Below are positions 10,610 through 19,171 of a stretch of 32,000 nt of DNA, piece by piece. The DNA lies in NCBI GenBank assembly GCA_030429145.1, contig JAUIDC010000001.1, positions 390,001 through 422,000 on the forward strand, written 5' to 3'. The translations under genes and the position numbers were made by a program. Every line of letters begins with the position of its first letter. Position 1 is the first letter of the stretch. Under the pieces are notes generated by a model. The model had not been told where the DNA came from, did not search any database, and saw only the letters and a program-made list of their open reading frames with translations. The DNA comes from Candidatus Saccharimonadota bacterium (lineage in GTDB: Bacteria > Patescibacteriota > Gracilibacteria > Absconditabacterales > Absconditicoccaceae).

Positions 10610-11925
10610 GCATAGATCTCTTTTGCTTTTTTGCTTCGTTCGTAGTGATCAACAATCGGCTTGGCATATTTGAGATCGTGTTCTAGTGGATTATGAATTT
10701 CCTTGGGAGAGAAATCTTTGAGCTCAGGTAGTCGTTTTTTTATGTATATACAATCGGGATCGAACCTTTCTGATTGGCGGATAGGCGAGAAGATCCTGAG
10801 AGGCTTTGGGTCGGCGCCGACGCTTGCAGTTCGTTGTCGATTGCCAATATTTACGTTTTCATCGTAATCGAGTAGGTAATTGGCAAAGTGTTTCTCCCCT
10901 CGACGTCGGTCGATAAGCAGGTCTTTAGTAAGAAATGAAGCAACGATCATACGAACACGGTTGTGCATCCAATTTTCTTCCTTCAGCTGTCTCATCCCTG
11001 CGTCAACGATCGGATATCCGGTTTTGCCATCTTGTCGTGCCTTAAAATATTTTTCGTTATTATCCCAAGCCAGTTTCCTGCGCTTTTCGAGGAACTCAAC
11101 GAGGCGTGTTTCTGGAAAATGAAACATGATATGATGTCGAAATTCACGTCGAGCTAATTCAGAGATAAATGTCTGTGCATTTTCCTTGAGAGCTTTTTGG
11201 TAGACGTCTCTGATACTTATCAGTCCAAACCTAATATACGGAGAGAGCTTTGACGATCAGTCTATGGCAGGAAAGTTTCTTGTTTCATCGTATCAAGAGA
11301 AATCGAAATGTTGTAGTCTTTCTTGGGGGAAGGAGAGAGACCAGTGGATGTTCTCCTGGTATGAAAGTTTTGAAAATATCCCTTTTTTGTTTGGAAGAGA
11401 AATTTTTGGTGACTCTATTTTTTGAGGAGCACGGTGAACCTTTGTATATTCTTCGGTGAGGAATTTCTTCCGACGATTGAAAAAAGGAGTGAACACTTTC
11501 ATGGGCTTCACTTTGTCTATGGGAATGAGGAGAAAGTCATGAGAGGCATGACAAGCGATCTTCTTTTTGTCGCAATAGTCTTCTATCTTTTTATCTCTCT
11601 TGATTGATCATGATCCGTAGCTTTGGTTGTAAAAGATCGCGTTAATGTTGTGCTCTTTGATGAGCTTGGGAATGATTTTAGCTGGGTCTCCATATTGGAT
11701 AAGAAGATATGATCACTTTTCTTGAAGCTCTTTTTCGAGGTTGTTGATTGCCTCGATAAGAAATCAGACTCTTTTGTCTTCTTTGGGGAAGTTTTTAAGA
11801 ATGGTTTCGTCGAAAATGAAAATAGGGATAATCTCTTTGGATTGTTTAAGGGCCTCAAGCAATCATTTATTGTCGTGAAGCCTGAGATCTTGGCGGAAGA
11901 TGAAAAGTGAGCGAGGATAAATCAT
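10600..11925 (-). CDS. phr: deoxyribodipyrimidine photolyase (class I CPD photolyase/cryptochrome family), 441 aa
   Basis: 1326 nt with 6 in-frame TGA. N-terminal motif is SLFIFRQDLRLHDN. The FAD domain carries DGSSKLSPYIRFGLIS, TGYPIVDAGMRQL, NWMHNRVRMIVASFL, DPKPLRIFSP and LPEL. All standard-code Arg residues at conserved Trp sites are CGA/CGG codons (see findings). Confidence 0.88.
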
Positions 11926-11927
11926 GC

Positions 11928-13031
11928 TTATTTTTGTTTAACAAAATGAGGCAAAACATATGTCTTTTGTCATTTTCATTGCCGGTTGTTTTCTACGAAT
12001 GGCTTCATGAAGAGACTTGGAACGAGATAGGTTGTCTTATGCTTTTGTAAAGCCTTTCTGATGAGACGAAGTGAAAATAGTTTGCACCTGATGAGTGTTT
12101 TTTTCAAAAATCATTGATCCTTGTTTCGCTGGGTGGCGTCTAAACTGCCGGGAATTTTTGCTGTGTCATCTAACAGCGATGGATATGGAAAGAAATATCC
12201 CATGTCATGAAACATCATCAAGAGAGGTGTCGTTTGTGGTATGACAGATAAGGGAAGCCGACCTAGGTTTCTACTCACGCTGTGAGCCCAAATGATATCG
12301 GGCTGAAACTGTCAGATCTTTTTCTTAAGTCTCAGTGCGGCAACGAGATTGAACGCTGTTTTGAAGAGTCACCAAAATGAGTTTTCCCCCTTGCCTCACC
12401 AGACATCAACTGTGTAACCATTTTGTTCTAGAAGCTCTTTTACTTCTCGGATATATGTCTCTATGCCGCCGATTTTTTTGATGAAATCCGATATGATAAG
12501 AATGCGCTTGCCACTTCCGATGATAGAGCGTAACGATTCTAGCCGTTTCTCAGGAGAGTATTGTTCAAGCTCCAGCGAGGTAAGATCATACTCCTTTTTA
12601 TCGTGGAGAACTTCCTGTAAGAGGGCAAATAGCTTTTCTGCATCATTGTCTCAAGCCTGGCTACTAATGTTTAACTCATCTAAAACGAAAGATGCTAGCC
12701 CTCACTTTTTAAATCCAATAACCGGCACTCACTGCCTGAGCGACTCTAATGCGCTCTTTCCAAATGTTTCTATGACGCGAGAGGGCATCAAGCAGTAGTC
12801 CATGGTTGTCAATGCTTGCTGAATAGTTTCTTGTGATGCCCAGCCGTGCAGCCTGACATTTGTGCCAAATTTATCTGTGAGCGTCTCGCACTCTTTTTCA
12901 AGAGCCCCTGTTCCATAGATGTCTATATGCCAATCTATTTCTCACGTTTCATAGAGCTTTGTGAAAACGTCGATAATTAGATCGACTCATTTCTCTTTTT
13001 CTAATCTTCCAAAGTAGATAAATTTTGTCAT
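11928..13031 (-). CDS. GT-B (GT4-like) glycosyltransferase with swapped domain order, 367 aa
   Basis: Single open frame of 1104 nt with 11 in-frame TGA and no TAA/TAG. It has a GGAG Shine-Dalgarno 7 nt upstream of the ATG. Residues 1-165 look like the C-terminal Glycos_transf_1 domain (FIYFGRLEKEKG..., LMPSRVIETFGKSALESLRQGVPVIG). Residues ~170-367 look like the N-terminal GT4 domain (KRILIISDFIKKIGGIETYI..., PDIIWAHS, MMFHDMGY, YLVPS...YVLPHFV). Confidence 0.75.
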
Positions 13032-13032
13032 C

Positions 13033-13707
13033 CTATCTCCACATTCAAATAACAAACTCACCCTTTATCACAAGTTCTTTCTTTTCAATCTTCTCTTTCA
13101 ACTCACTCGCTGTTCCCATAACTTTCTCCTCAAACATCTTGCTCAATTCGCGCGCTATAAATACTTTTCATTCATATCCGAGCTCTTCGAGCTCACTCAG
13201 TAGTTTTTCTACTCTATGCACTGACTCATAGAAGAAACAAGGCGTTTCAGTAGATGTTTCAATGAGTTTCTTCAATGTTGTTTGCCTACCTTTTTTTGTC
13301 GGGATAAATCCGAGATATGAAAATGTACTGGTATCGGTATATGCAGAGACTATAGCTGGAATGAGCGCGTTTGCTCATGGTAAAACTTCAAATGAGAGAT
13401 TCTCTTCTCGAGCTATTTTAATGAGATTTTTCCCTGGATCAGAAAGTCATGGAGTGCCTGCTTCGCTAAGAACTACGGCGTCTTCCTCTTTGATGAGGTT
13501 GATATAGTGTGATAGCTTTCACTGATCAGTGAAGCTGGTAAGTGGGAAAAACTGTTTTCCCGTCAAAGATATCTCGTACATATTCATAAGCTTCTTTGCT
13601 GTTGCTGTATCTTCGCAGAAAAAAAGAGAAACCTCTTTGAGTAGTCTCAGTGCACGAAGCGTAATGTCTTCTCTGTTCCCGATAGGGGTGGGGGCGAAAT
13701 AAAGCAT
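13033..13707 (-). CDS. rsmI: 16S rRNA (cytidine1402-2'-O)-methyltransferase RsmI, 224 aa
   Basis: MLYFAPTPIGNREDITLRALRLLKEV..FCEDT, then SEAGTP-G(UGA 13447-13449)-LSDPG and VLP-G(UGA)-ANALIPA. I translated all 675 nt codon by codon and found no TAA/TAG before TAG 13033-13035. Confidence 0.85.
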
Positions 13708-13724
13708 GAACTATTGTTAATCGC

Positions 13725-13958
13725 TTACTTATAAATGTTTCATCTGTAGTCTATATTTATTATTTTGATTGTATTATCATGTGTCGAAAATACAATCCTG
13801 ATTTTTCAGACTCTCACTCTATATGTGCCTTTTTCTTCTTTCATCTTTTGCATATCTAATTTTTCAGTTTGCCCTCATGCAATCAAACTGAGTATTTCGA
13901 GTAGTTTGACTTGTTCTTTCAAGGATAGGCTTAAAAGGAACTTTTGTATCTTATCCAT
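13725..13958 (-). CDS. RelE/ParE-family type II toxin, 77 aa
   Basis: MDKIQKFLLSLSLKEQVKLLEILSLIAGGQ...KGTYRVRV-G-KIRIVFSTHDNTIKIINIDYR-G-NIYK matches the yRiRiGdyRiiy...i..i..RgeiY signature. It has three in-frame TGA (all Gly) and overlaps the antitoxin stop by 8 nt. Confidence 0.7.
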
Positions 13959-14190
13959 CTATAATCTTTTCTAGTTTTTGTTTTAAAACAGCTATATCAA
14001 CGCCTTCTTCTGCGTATATGCCGCGTCCGTTTTGGTCTTCATAGTAAACGACTCCATCCTTTTGTAAAGGTTTGATTAGCAATCCCTCTGGAGTTTCTTC
14101 TGCAACGAAATTATTCGTAGAAAATTTAGATCTTCGAGCCTTTGGAAGAGTTATTTGTCCTGTGTTGAATGATTTGAGAGTGTAGATCAT
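13951..14190 (-). CDS. AbrB/SpoVT-type antitoxin, 79 aa
   Basis: MIYTLKSFNTGQITLPKA[CGA]RSKF...LLIKPL carries a SpoVT-AbrB-like GQITLPK motif. It sits immediately upstream of, and overlaps, the RelE-like gene. I chose ATG 14190 over the track's TTG at 14232. Confidence 0.6.
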   Translation of the reverse strand: MIYTLKSFNTGQITLPKARRSKFSTNNFVAEETPEGLLIKPLQKDGVVYYEDQNGRGIYAEEGVDIAVLKQKLEKIIDG

Positions 14191-14316
14191 TTTTATGATA
14201 TTAATTAAATTAGTTAATTGTATTTTAAACAAGCGTTTTAAGAAAACAAGAGAAGAGTTTGTTTTTAAAAGTAGATTATCTATATATGTTTTATTTGTTT
14301 GTAAGAATAGAAGAAA

Positions 14317-14946
14317 ATGATAGAGCAGATTATAGATTGGCTTCTGTGGCTGGTTCGTGAGATTGGGTATCCAGGAGTGGCACTTTCGATGTTTATCGAG
14401 AGCTTCTTTGCACCAATTCCATCAGAGGCGATTATGCCGCTCGCTGGCTGGCTCGCGGCTGAATGAGCGATGAAAGTGCGAATTCTTGCTCTCGTCGGAT
14501 GAGTTGCTAGTTATCTTGGAACCTTGCCGTTTTACTTTCTTGGATACCGAGGCAACAGACAAAAGATCTATCGCCGGCTCGACAAGTACGGCAAGTGGTT
14601 TTTCATCAAGCCCGACGAGGTAGACACTGCATTTGACTGGTTTCAAAAGTATGGAAAATGATTTGTCTTTTTTGGTCGCCTTGTTCCGATAGTGCGTACC
14701 GTTATCTCGTTTCCTGCAGGATGTGTAAAAATGCCTTTTGTTCCATTTAGTCTTTTGACCTTGCTTGGGTCGACCTTATGGAGTGCGATCCTTGCAACAG
14801 CAGGCTACTATCTTGGAGCAAATTGGTCACAGGTTTGAGAAGCTATAGCAGAGTATGAACATGTTGTGCTTGGAGTTTTGCTAGTTGTGGTTGCTGCATA
14901 TGTTGTTTATCTCTTTCGAAATAGAAAAAAGAAGGCGTCGAAATAA
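14317..14946 (+). CDS. DedA-family (SNARE-associated/VTT domain) membrane protein, 209 aa
   Basis: 630 nt with 5 in-frame TGA. Motifs are FIESFFAPIPSEAIMPLAG, FFGRLVPIVRTVISFPAG and LGSTLWSAILATAGYYLGANW, typical of DedA. Confidence 0.8.
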
Positions 14947-14957
14947 ACCCTTCTTTT

Positions 14958-15422
14958 TTAAAATACAACGAGATAGAATGATTCTCCCTGTCGAACGATA
15001 ATTCCGCCTCCCTTTAAGTTTGGAGCCCATTCATTATAGGGCTCATCAAAGAGAAGGGTCTTTCTTCCTAGGAAGATCTTTTTATTTTCCTCGTACAGAT
15101 GGAATTCTGTTCGCAGAGGTGGTAGCCAGTTTTTCACTCCAGGAGCAAGTAGCCATGGAGAGGAACTGTTGTTCTCGTACCATAGTTTGTCTGTGGCAAG
15201 AACGAAGATTCCTCCATCGGGATTTAGCGTCCACTTAAAGAAAGGCCCCCGATAGATAAGAATTTTCTCGAAAAGGCCGGCAGTCCTGATTGCTTTTTGT
15301 AGGTCTCGGTTTCCGAGATTGGAAGATTTTCCCTTATGAAACAACACAACAGAGCCGCTGACATAGGGGATTATTCCGTCGTCTTCCATCGACTTTGTTT
15401 TGAGCTGCTTCAATAAAGACAT
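14958..15422 (-). CDS. hypothetical protein, 154 aa (no family recognised; atypical codon usage)
   Basis: Intact ATG..TAA ORF with no UGA among 15 Gly codons. Four of its six standard-code Arg codons are CGA/CGG (14991, 15111, 15249, 15306). See findings. Confidence 0.6.
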   Translation of the reverse strand: MSLLKQLKTKSMEDDGIIPYVSGSVVLFHKGKSSNLGNRDLQKAIRTAGLFEKILIYRGPFFKWTLNPDGGIFVLATDKLWYENNSSSPWLLAPGVKNWLPPLRTEFHLYEENKKIFLGRKTLLFDEPYNEWAPNLKGGGIIVRQGESFYLVVF

Positions 15423-15776
15423 TGTATATTTTTTAGTGAACTATTATTGTAGACAAGGCTGGGAATAAGTCAATGCAAACAAATCCCTTGTTATTTCCTA
15501 GGAGTTTCTTATAATCCTTGCAGATTAATAAACCTTGTATATACCAAAGACACTACAAATAGTCTTTAGCGTGATCGCTTGATAGCAGTCTGAATGTTTG
15601 GTTCAGGCAGAGCAAATAGGCTCGATAAACCACTCCTGATCACTCTACTATTTTCTTTCGGAGGACCGGTTTGTTAATCAAAGCGTGTTAAGAAGAAGTT
15701 ATTGAACAAAGAGACAATCCTCGGCGATTTCTGCTGTTTTCTTTCACATATTCATTTTTATATTTACAGACAATGA

Positions 15777-17402
15777 ATGACAACATTTAAAGATTTTGAC
15801 CTAAGGCCAGGTATACAAAAGGCTATTGATGCTACAGGATATACAGAGCCTACACAAATACAAACAGAAGTATGGAATGCTGCAAAAGAATGAAATAATA
15901 TCGTAGGACAATCACAGACAGGAACAGGAAAAACAACGGCGTTTCTCCTTCCTCTTTTACATAAGGTAGATAATAGAAAGCGTCATCCACAGGTGCTTAT
16001 TATCGCTCCGACAAGAGAGCTCGTGGTGCAGATTCGTGAGGATATCATGAAGCTTACAGAGTTTTTCCCGATGAGATCACTCGTTCTTATGGGAGGAAGA
16101 AGGCGTGAATGGCAAAAAGAAGATCTCGCTCGTGGTCCACAATTTATCGTGGCGACCCCAGGAAGATTGATTGAGTTTATGCAAGAAGGACATCTCAACG
16201 CTGACCAGATAGAGTACTTTGTCATGGATGAGGTTGATCGTATGCTCGATATGGGTTTCATCGATGATGTAGACCGAATTTGGTCGCAGCTTAAAAATCT
16301 TAAGCAGACAATGACTTTCTCAGCAACTATCAACGATGAGATTAAAAAAATTATTACAAAACACTGTAGCGACTACGAATATATACGTATCTCACCAAGT
16401 GTTACTGTCGACGCAATTGACCATACCTATATTGAACTGCCACTTGAGCACAAGTTTTCAACGCTTATGCATCTATTGGAAGGACATAAGAATCAGAAAA
16501 CAATCATTTTTGCACAGACAAAGAGAAATACAGAAACGATTACTAAAGAGATCAATAAGCATGGACATACTGCTCAGTATCTCAATGGTGACCTTGATCA
16601 ACGTCAGCGTACAAGAGCTTTGAAAGCTTTCAAAGAAGGAACATGTAAGATCCTTGTAACGACAGATGTTGCTGCGCGTGGACTTAACATGGATAATGTA
16701 GAGCTTGTTGTAAACTTCGAGGTGCCTCGTGAGCCAGAGAGCTACATTCACCGTATTGGTCGTACAGGTCGTGCTGGTGCAGAAGGAAAGGCACTTATGC
16801 TCGTTTCACCAGATGAGAAGCATCTGATGTACGACATTGAGAAGACACAGAAGATCAAGCTAGAGAAATCAGCTGATCATCAGTCAGTTGCGGATCCTGA
16901 GGGTAAGTTCACTGGTGTTAAGCTGGATGTGCCGATTCCTCCATCGGAAAAGAAAAGAAGGATGGTAGAGAGAAGAGAAAGAGGCGTTGTTTCAGGAAGA
17001 AAATGGGGAAATAGATTTAGTAGAGATGATAATAGATCAGGCGGTAGAGGTGGAAGATCTTCTGGTGGTCAAAGAGGTTGAAGATGAGCAGGTCGCCCAA
17101 GAAGAGATGATGCATGGACTTCAAGAAGTTTTGGTAACTCAGTAGGAGGCTATCAGGTTGATTCGGTTCGTGAGCAAAGATACATCCAAGAGTCTAAATT
17201 TCTCGGGAAGAAAGCTGCTGATAGATCTGGAAGAGAGTTTGATCCACATAAGGGTCGTCCAAGAAGAGAACCAAGACCTGGTGACTCATTCATTGGAAAC
17301 GATCGCCCAAGAAGATCTTCAGGACCGAGAACATCGAGAGGTCCAAGGACTTCAGCCCCAAGAGGAGCTGGTGCGAGATCAACGACAAGAGGAAAGAGAT
17401 AA
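15777..17402 (+). CDS. DEAD-box ATP-dependent RNA helicase with Arg/Gly-rich C-terminal tail, 541 aa
   Basis: Starts at the second ATG (15777), because the first (15773) hits TAA after 5 codons. Motifs: Q-motif region, AKE-G(UGA 15891-15893)-NNIVGQSQTGTGKT, PTREL, TPGRL, DEVD, SAT, ARGLN, HRIGRTGR. Reading through TGA 17079 adds a 107-aa RG/RP-rich tail ending at TAA 17400-17402. Confidence 0.9.
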
Positions 17403-17403
17403 T

Positions 17404-17431
17404 AAAAAAGCCTGCTATATGCAGGTTTTTT
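17404..17431 (+). terminator. rho-independent terminator of the helicase gene
   Basis: AAAAAAGCCTGC-tatat-GCAGGTTTTTT immediately after the TAA. Confidence 0.65.
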
Positions 17432-17466
17432 GTAATGTATAATGGTGATGGTTTACTATTTGGAAT

Positions 17467-17543
17467 TGGAGGCACCAGTGGGATTCGAACCCACGATCGA
17501 AGGCTTTGCAGGCCCCGCCGTTAGACCACTCCGGCATAGTGCC
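17467..17543 (-). tRNA. tRNA-Cys (anticodon GCA), 77 nt with encoded CCA
   Basis: The reverse complement folds as a cloverleaf. Acceptor stem GGCACTA/TGGTGCC, anticodon stem GGGGC/GCCTT, loop CTGCAAA (GCA), T-arm GTGGG-TTCGAAT-CCCAC, discriminator U73 and a 13:22 mismatch. The last two are both typical of tRNA-Cys. Confidence 0.9.
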
Positions 17544-17592
17544 ACGTGCAGGCAACAATACTGATTTTCATTTCATTATCAATCTGCTTTCT

Positions 17593-17621
17593 AAAAATGC
17601 CCCCGGAAAATCCAGGGGCAT
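17593..17621 (-). terminator. rho-independent terminator of the T9SS-CTD protein gene
   Basis: On the minus strand: ATGCCCC-tggattttcc-GGGGCAT followed by TTTTTAG, 23 nt after the TAA at 17644-17646. Confidence 0.6.
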
Positions 17622-17643
17622 TGTTGTATCAGGTTGCTTGTTT

Positions 17644-19095
17644 TTATTGCTTGATAATTTTTCTATTTACTGTGCTTCCATCTGCAAGCTTAAGCTTAAG
17701 AATATAAGCGCCACTAGCGAGACGATAGAGCGTCATATGCTGTTCTGTTGTCCCATTGCCAGGTATCTGGCGGACGGGATAGCCCGTCATATCTATGATA
17801 GCTCCTGCTACGATAGGGCTGGGAGTCTGAACGGTAAACACATCGCTTGTTGGATTTGGGTATACTATGGTTTCGTTTGTACCGGCAGAAGGGCGATAGA
17901 TTGCTTCGACCTCTGTGGTTGGAACTGAAACATTGAGTATCCAAACCTTTGCCTTGTTGTTTCCAGAACCAAACATGGTATAGTGACTGTTTTGATAGAA
18001 GCCATTGATTCGTTCTATCCCAGGGCCGTCATTGATGACGACAGAGTCGTCCAAGCCAGGAGCTGTGTTTACAAGCCACACTACGAGAGGCCCTGTGTTC
18101 TCAATCGCAGACCAAAGGAAGTAGTTATCCCTTACAGAGGTTGCTTGAAATCGGTCGGGGCTGTTTGCTGCGAAGTATACATCATCAATCATGTTTACGG
18201 GGCCGGAGAGATTGTCTCCATGTGTAATAGCAATATTGCCATATGCCGTAACGGAGCGATTGATGTATATGGGAGCCGCATTGCTTGTTCCGGAGGTAAA
18301 ACTGTAGGGAGCGTAGAAGCCAACGAGCACAGGAGATGTTCTGTCAACTATCTGCCTGATGCTTTTGCCGTTGGACTTATCTGTAGCCATGATAGTAATG
18401 GTAGTGTCCTGTTTCACGTAATCTGTTACGACAGCTCCAGCTGTGTTTATCACGAAGTAGCGATCACGATAACTTAGCGAAGCATCGTGCTTGCGCTTTT
18501 CTATGTAAACTCCCGCTGGGTCGGTATAAAGCAGATAGTGTGCAGTGTCGTCACTGACAATGCCTGCGTAACAGTTACAGGAAGGATCCTTGGGCGAACC
18601 AAAACCAACATCGTTGGTCGTTATAAATCCTATCTTGTGGGTGTTCACAGACGTACCCTGGTTGTAGTGTTTTGCTAACACTGACATTCCCCAGTCGGCC
18701 TTGCCGACCTTTAGCCCTACATAAATGTCATTGGTCACATTTGACTCTCCGGCTTTTATCACCGTCAGACTTGAGCCAGTCTTTTTTAGGCTTTGCAGCT
18801 TCAGCTGGTGGTCTGTCATGATGGCAATAGTTACATCGGCTCCTTTGCTGTTTATAGCGGCGCCAATGATGTTCTCAGTGAATGTCTCACTGTAGAGCGG
18901 TGTGCCATGACAATTTTGGTCGACATAGGCAATTTTTAGTTCTTTTCCACTTGCCATAAGGACATAACCATCTTTTGACATGTCCAGAACGCTCTGTCCA
19001 GAGCTGTCCGTATAGGTGCAGTGTTGTTTGATGCTTTGTGCAAAGACAGAGCTGCAGCAGAGCAAAGTTCCTGTTAGTAAAAGTAAACGTTTCAT
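17644..19095 (-). CDS. secreted protein with N-terminal signal peptide and C-terminal T9SS type-A sorting domain (Por_Secre_tail), 483 aa
   Basis: Signal peptide MKRLLLLTGTLLCCSSVFAQ. The C-terminal ~75 aa (IVYPNPTSDVFTVQ...IIDMTGYPVRQ...LYRLASGAYILKLKLADGSTVNRKIIKQ) match the vYPNP..d...v...i.d..G......l..l..G.Y.l.....g....Kl.k consensus. About 50% GC in three hand-counted lines, and intact in the standard code. Confidence 0.85.
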   Translation of the reverse strand: MKRLLLLTGTLLCCSSVFAQSIKQHCTYTDSSGQSVLDMSKDGYVLMASGKELKIAYVDQNCHGTPLYSETFTENIIGAAINSKGADVTIAIMTDHQLKLQSLKKTGSSLTVIKAGESNVTNDIYVGLKVGKADWGMSVLAKHYNQGTSVNTHKIGFITTNDVGFGSPKDPSCNCYAGIVSDDTAHYLLYTDPAGVYIEKRKHDASLSYRDRYFVINTAGAVVTDYVKQDTTITIMATDKSNGKSIRQIVDRTSPVLVGFYAPYSFTSGTSNAAPIYINRSVTAYGNIAITHGDNLSGPVNMIDDVYFAANSPDRFQATSVRDNYFLWSAIENTGPLVVWLVNTAPGLDDSVVINDGPGIERINGFYQNSHYTMFGSGNNKAKVWILNVSVPTTEVEAIYRPSAGTNETIVYPNPTSDVFTVQTPSPIVAGAIIDMTGYPVRQIPGNGTTEQHMTLYRLASGAYILKLKLADGSTVNRKIIKQ

Positions 19096-19143
19096 ATATT
19101 TCTGGTTTTATTTTAATGATCGTGCCCAATATCGGGCAGAAAG

Positions 19144-19171
19144 ATTGTATACGAAATGGGAAATAAGTCAA
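19144..19171 (-). promoter_or_regulatory. sigma70-like promoter candidate upstream of the T9SS-CTD gene
   Basis: Minus strand: TTGACT (19171-19166), 16 nt, TACAAT (19149-19144). A TGCCC-gatatt-GGGCA hairpin follows in the leader. Confidence 0.35.

Noticed and set aside
10600-11925. The photolyase could be an inactive relic because conserved Trp residues read as Arg in the standard code.
   Set aside because: The same CGA/CGG-at-Trp pattern recurs in unrelated genes (K+ channel, FemAB, RsuA, RuvX). All truly conserved Arg positions avoid CGA/CGG. Codon reassignment explains all of these at once, whereas multiple independent W-to-R losses do not.
12463-13507. Plus-strand track ORFs 12463..12798, 13025..13231 and 13262..13507.
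   Set aside because: They are antisense shadows of the minus-strand glycosyltransferase and rsmI genes, which show clear family motifs. The plus-strand products are low-complexity (S/F/L-rich) with no recognisable motifs.
15773-15775. The first ATG upstream of the helicase as its start codon.
   Set aside because: That frame reads ATG AAT GAC AAC ATT TAA and stops after five codons. The overlapping ATG at 15777 opens the frame containing all the helicase motifs.
15423-15776. A possible housekeeping ncRNA (SRP RNA, 6S, tmRNA or RNase P) in the long intergenic region.
   Set aside because: I could not find the conserved SRP domain IV motif, a tmRNA tRNA-like end or tag, or RNase P conserved regions by eye. 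It is kept only as a possible structured leader in the findings.
17506-18678. Plus-strand ORFs 17506..17928, 17983..18477 and 18487..18678, and minus-frame ORF 17714..17944.
   Set aside because: They overlap the well-supported 483-aa T9SS-CTD gene on the opposite strand or in another frame. The first also runs through the tRNA-Cys and terminator region.
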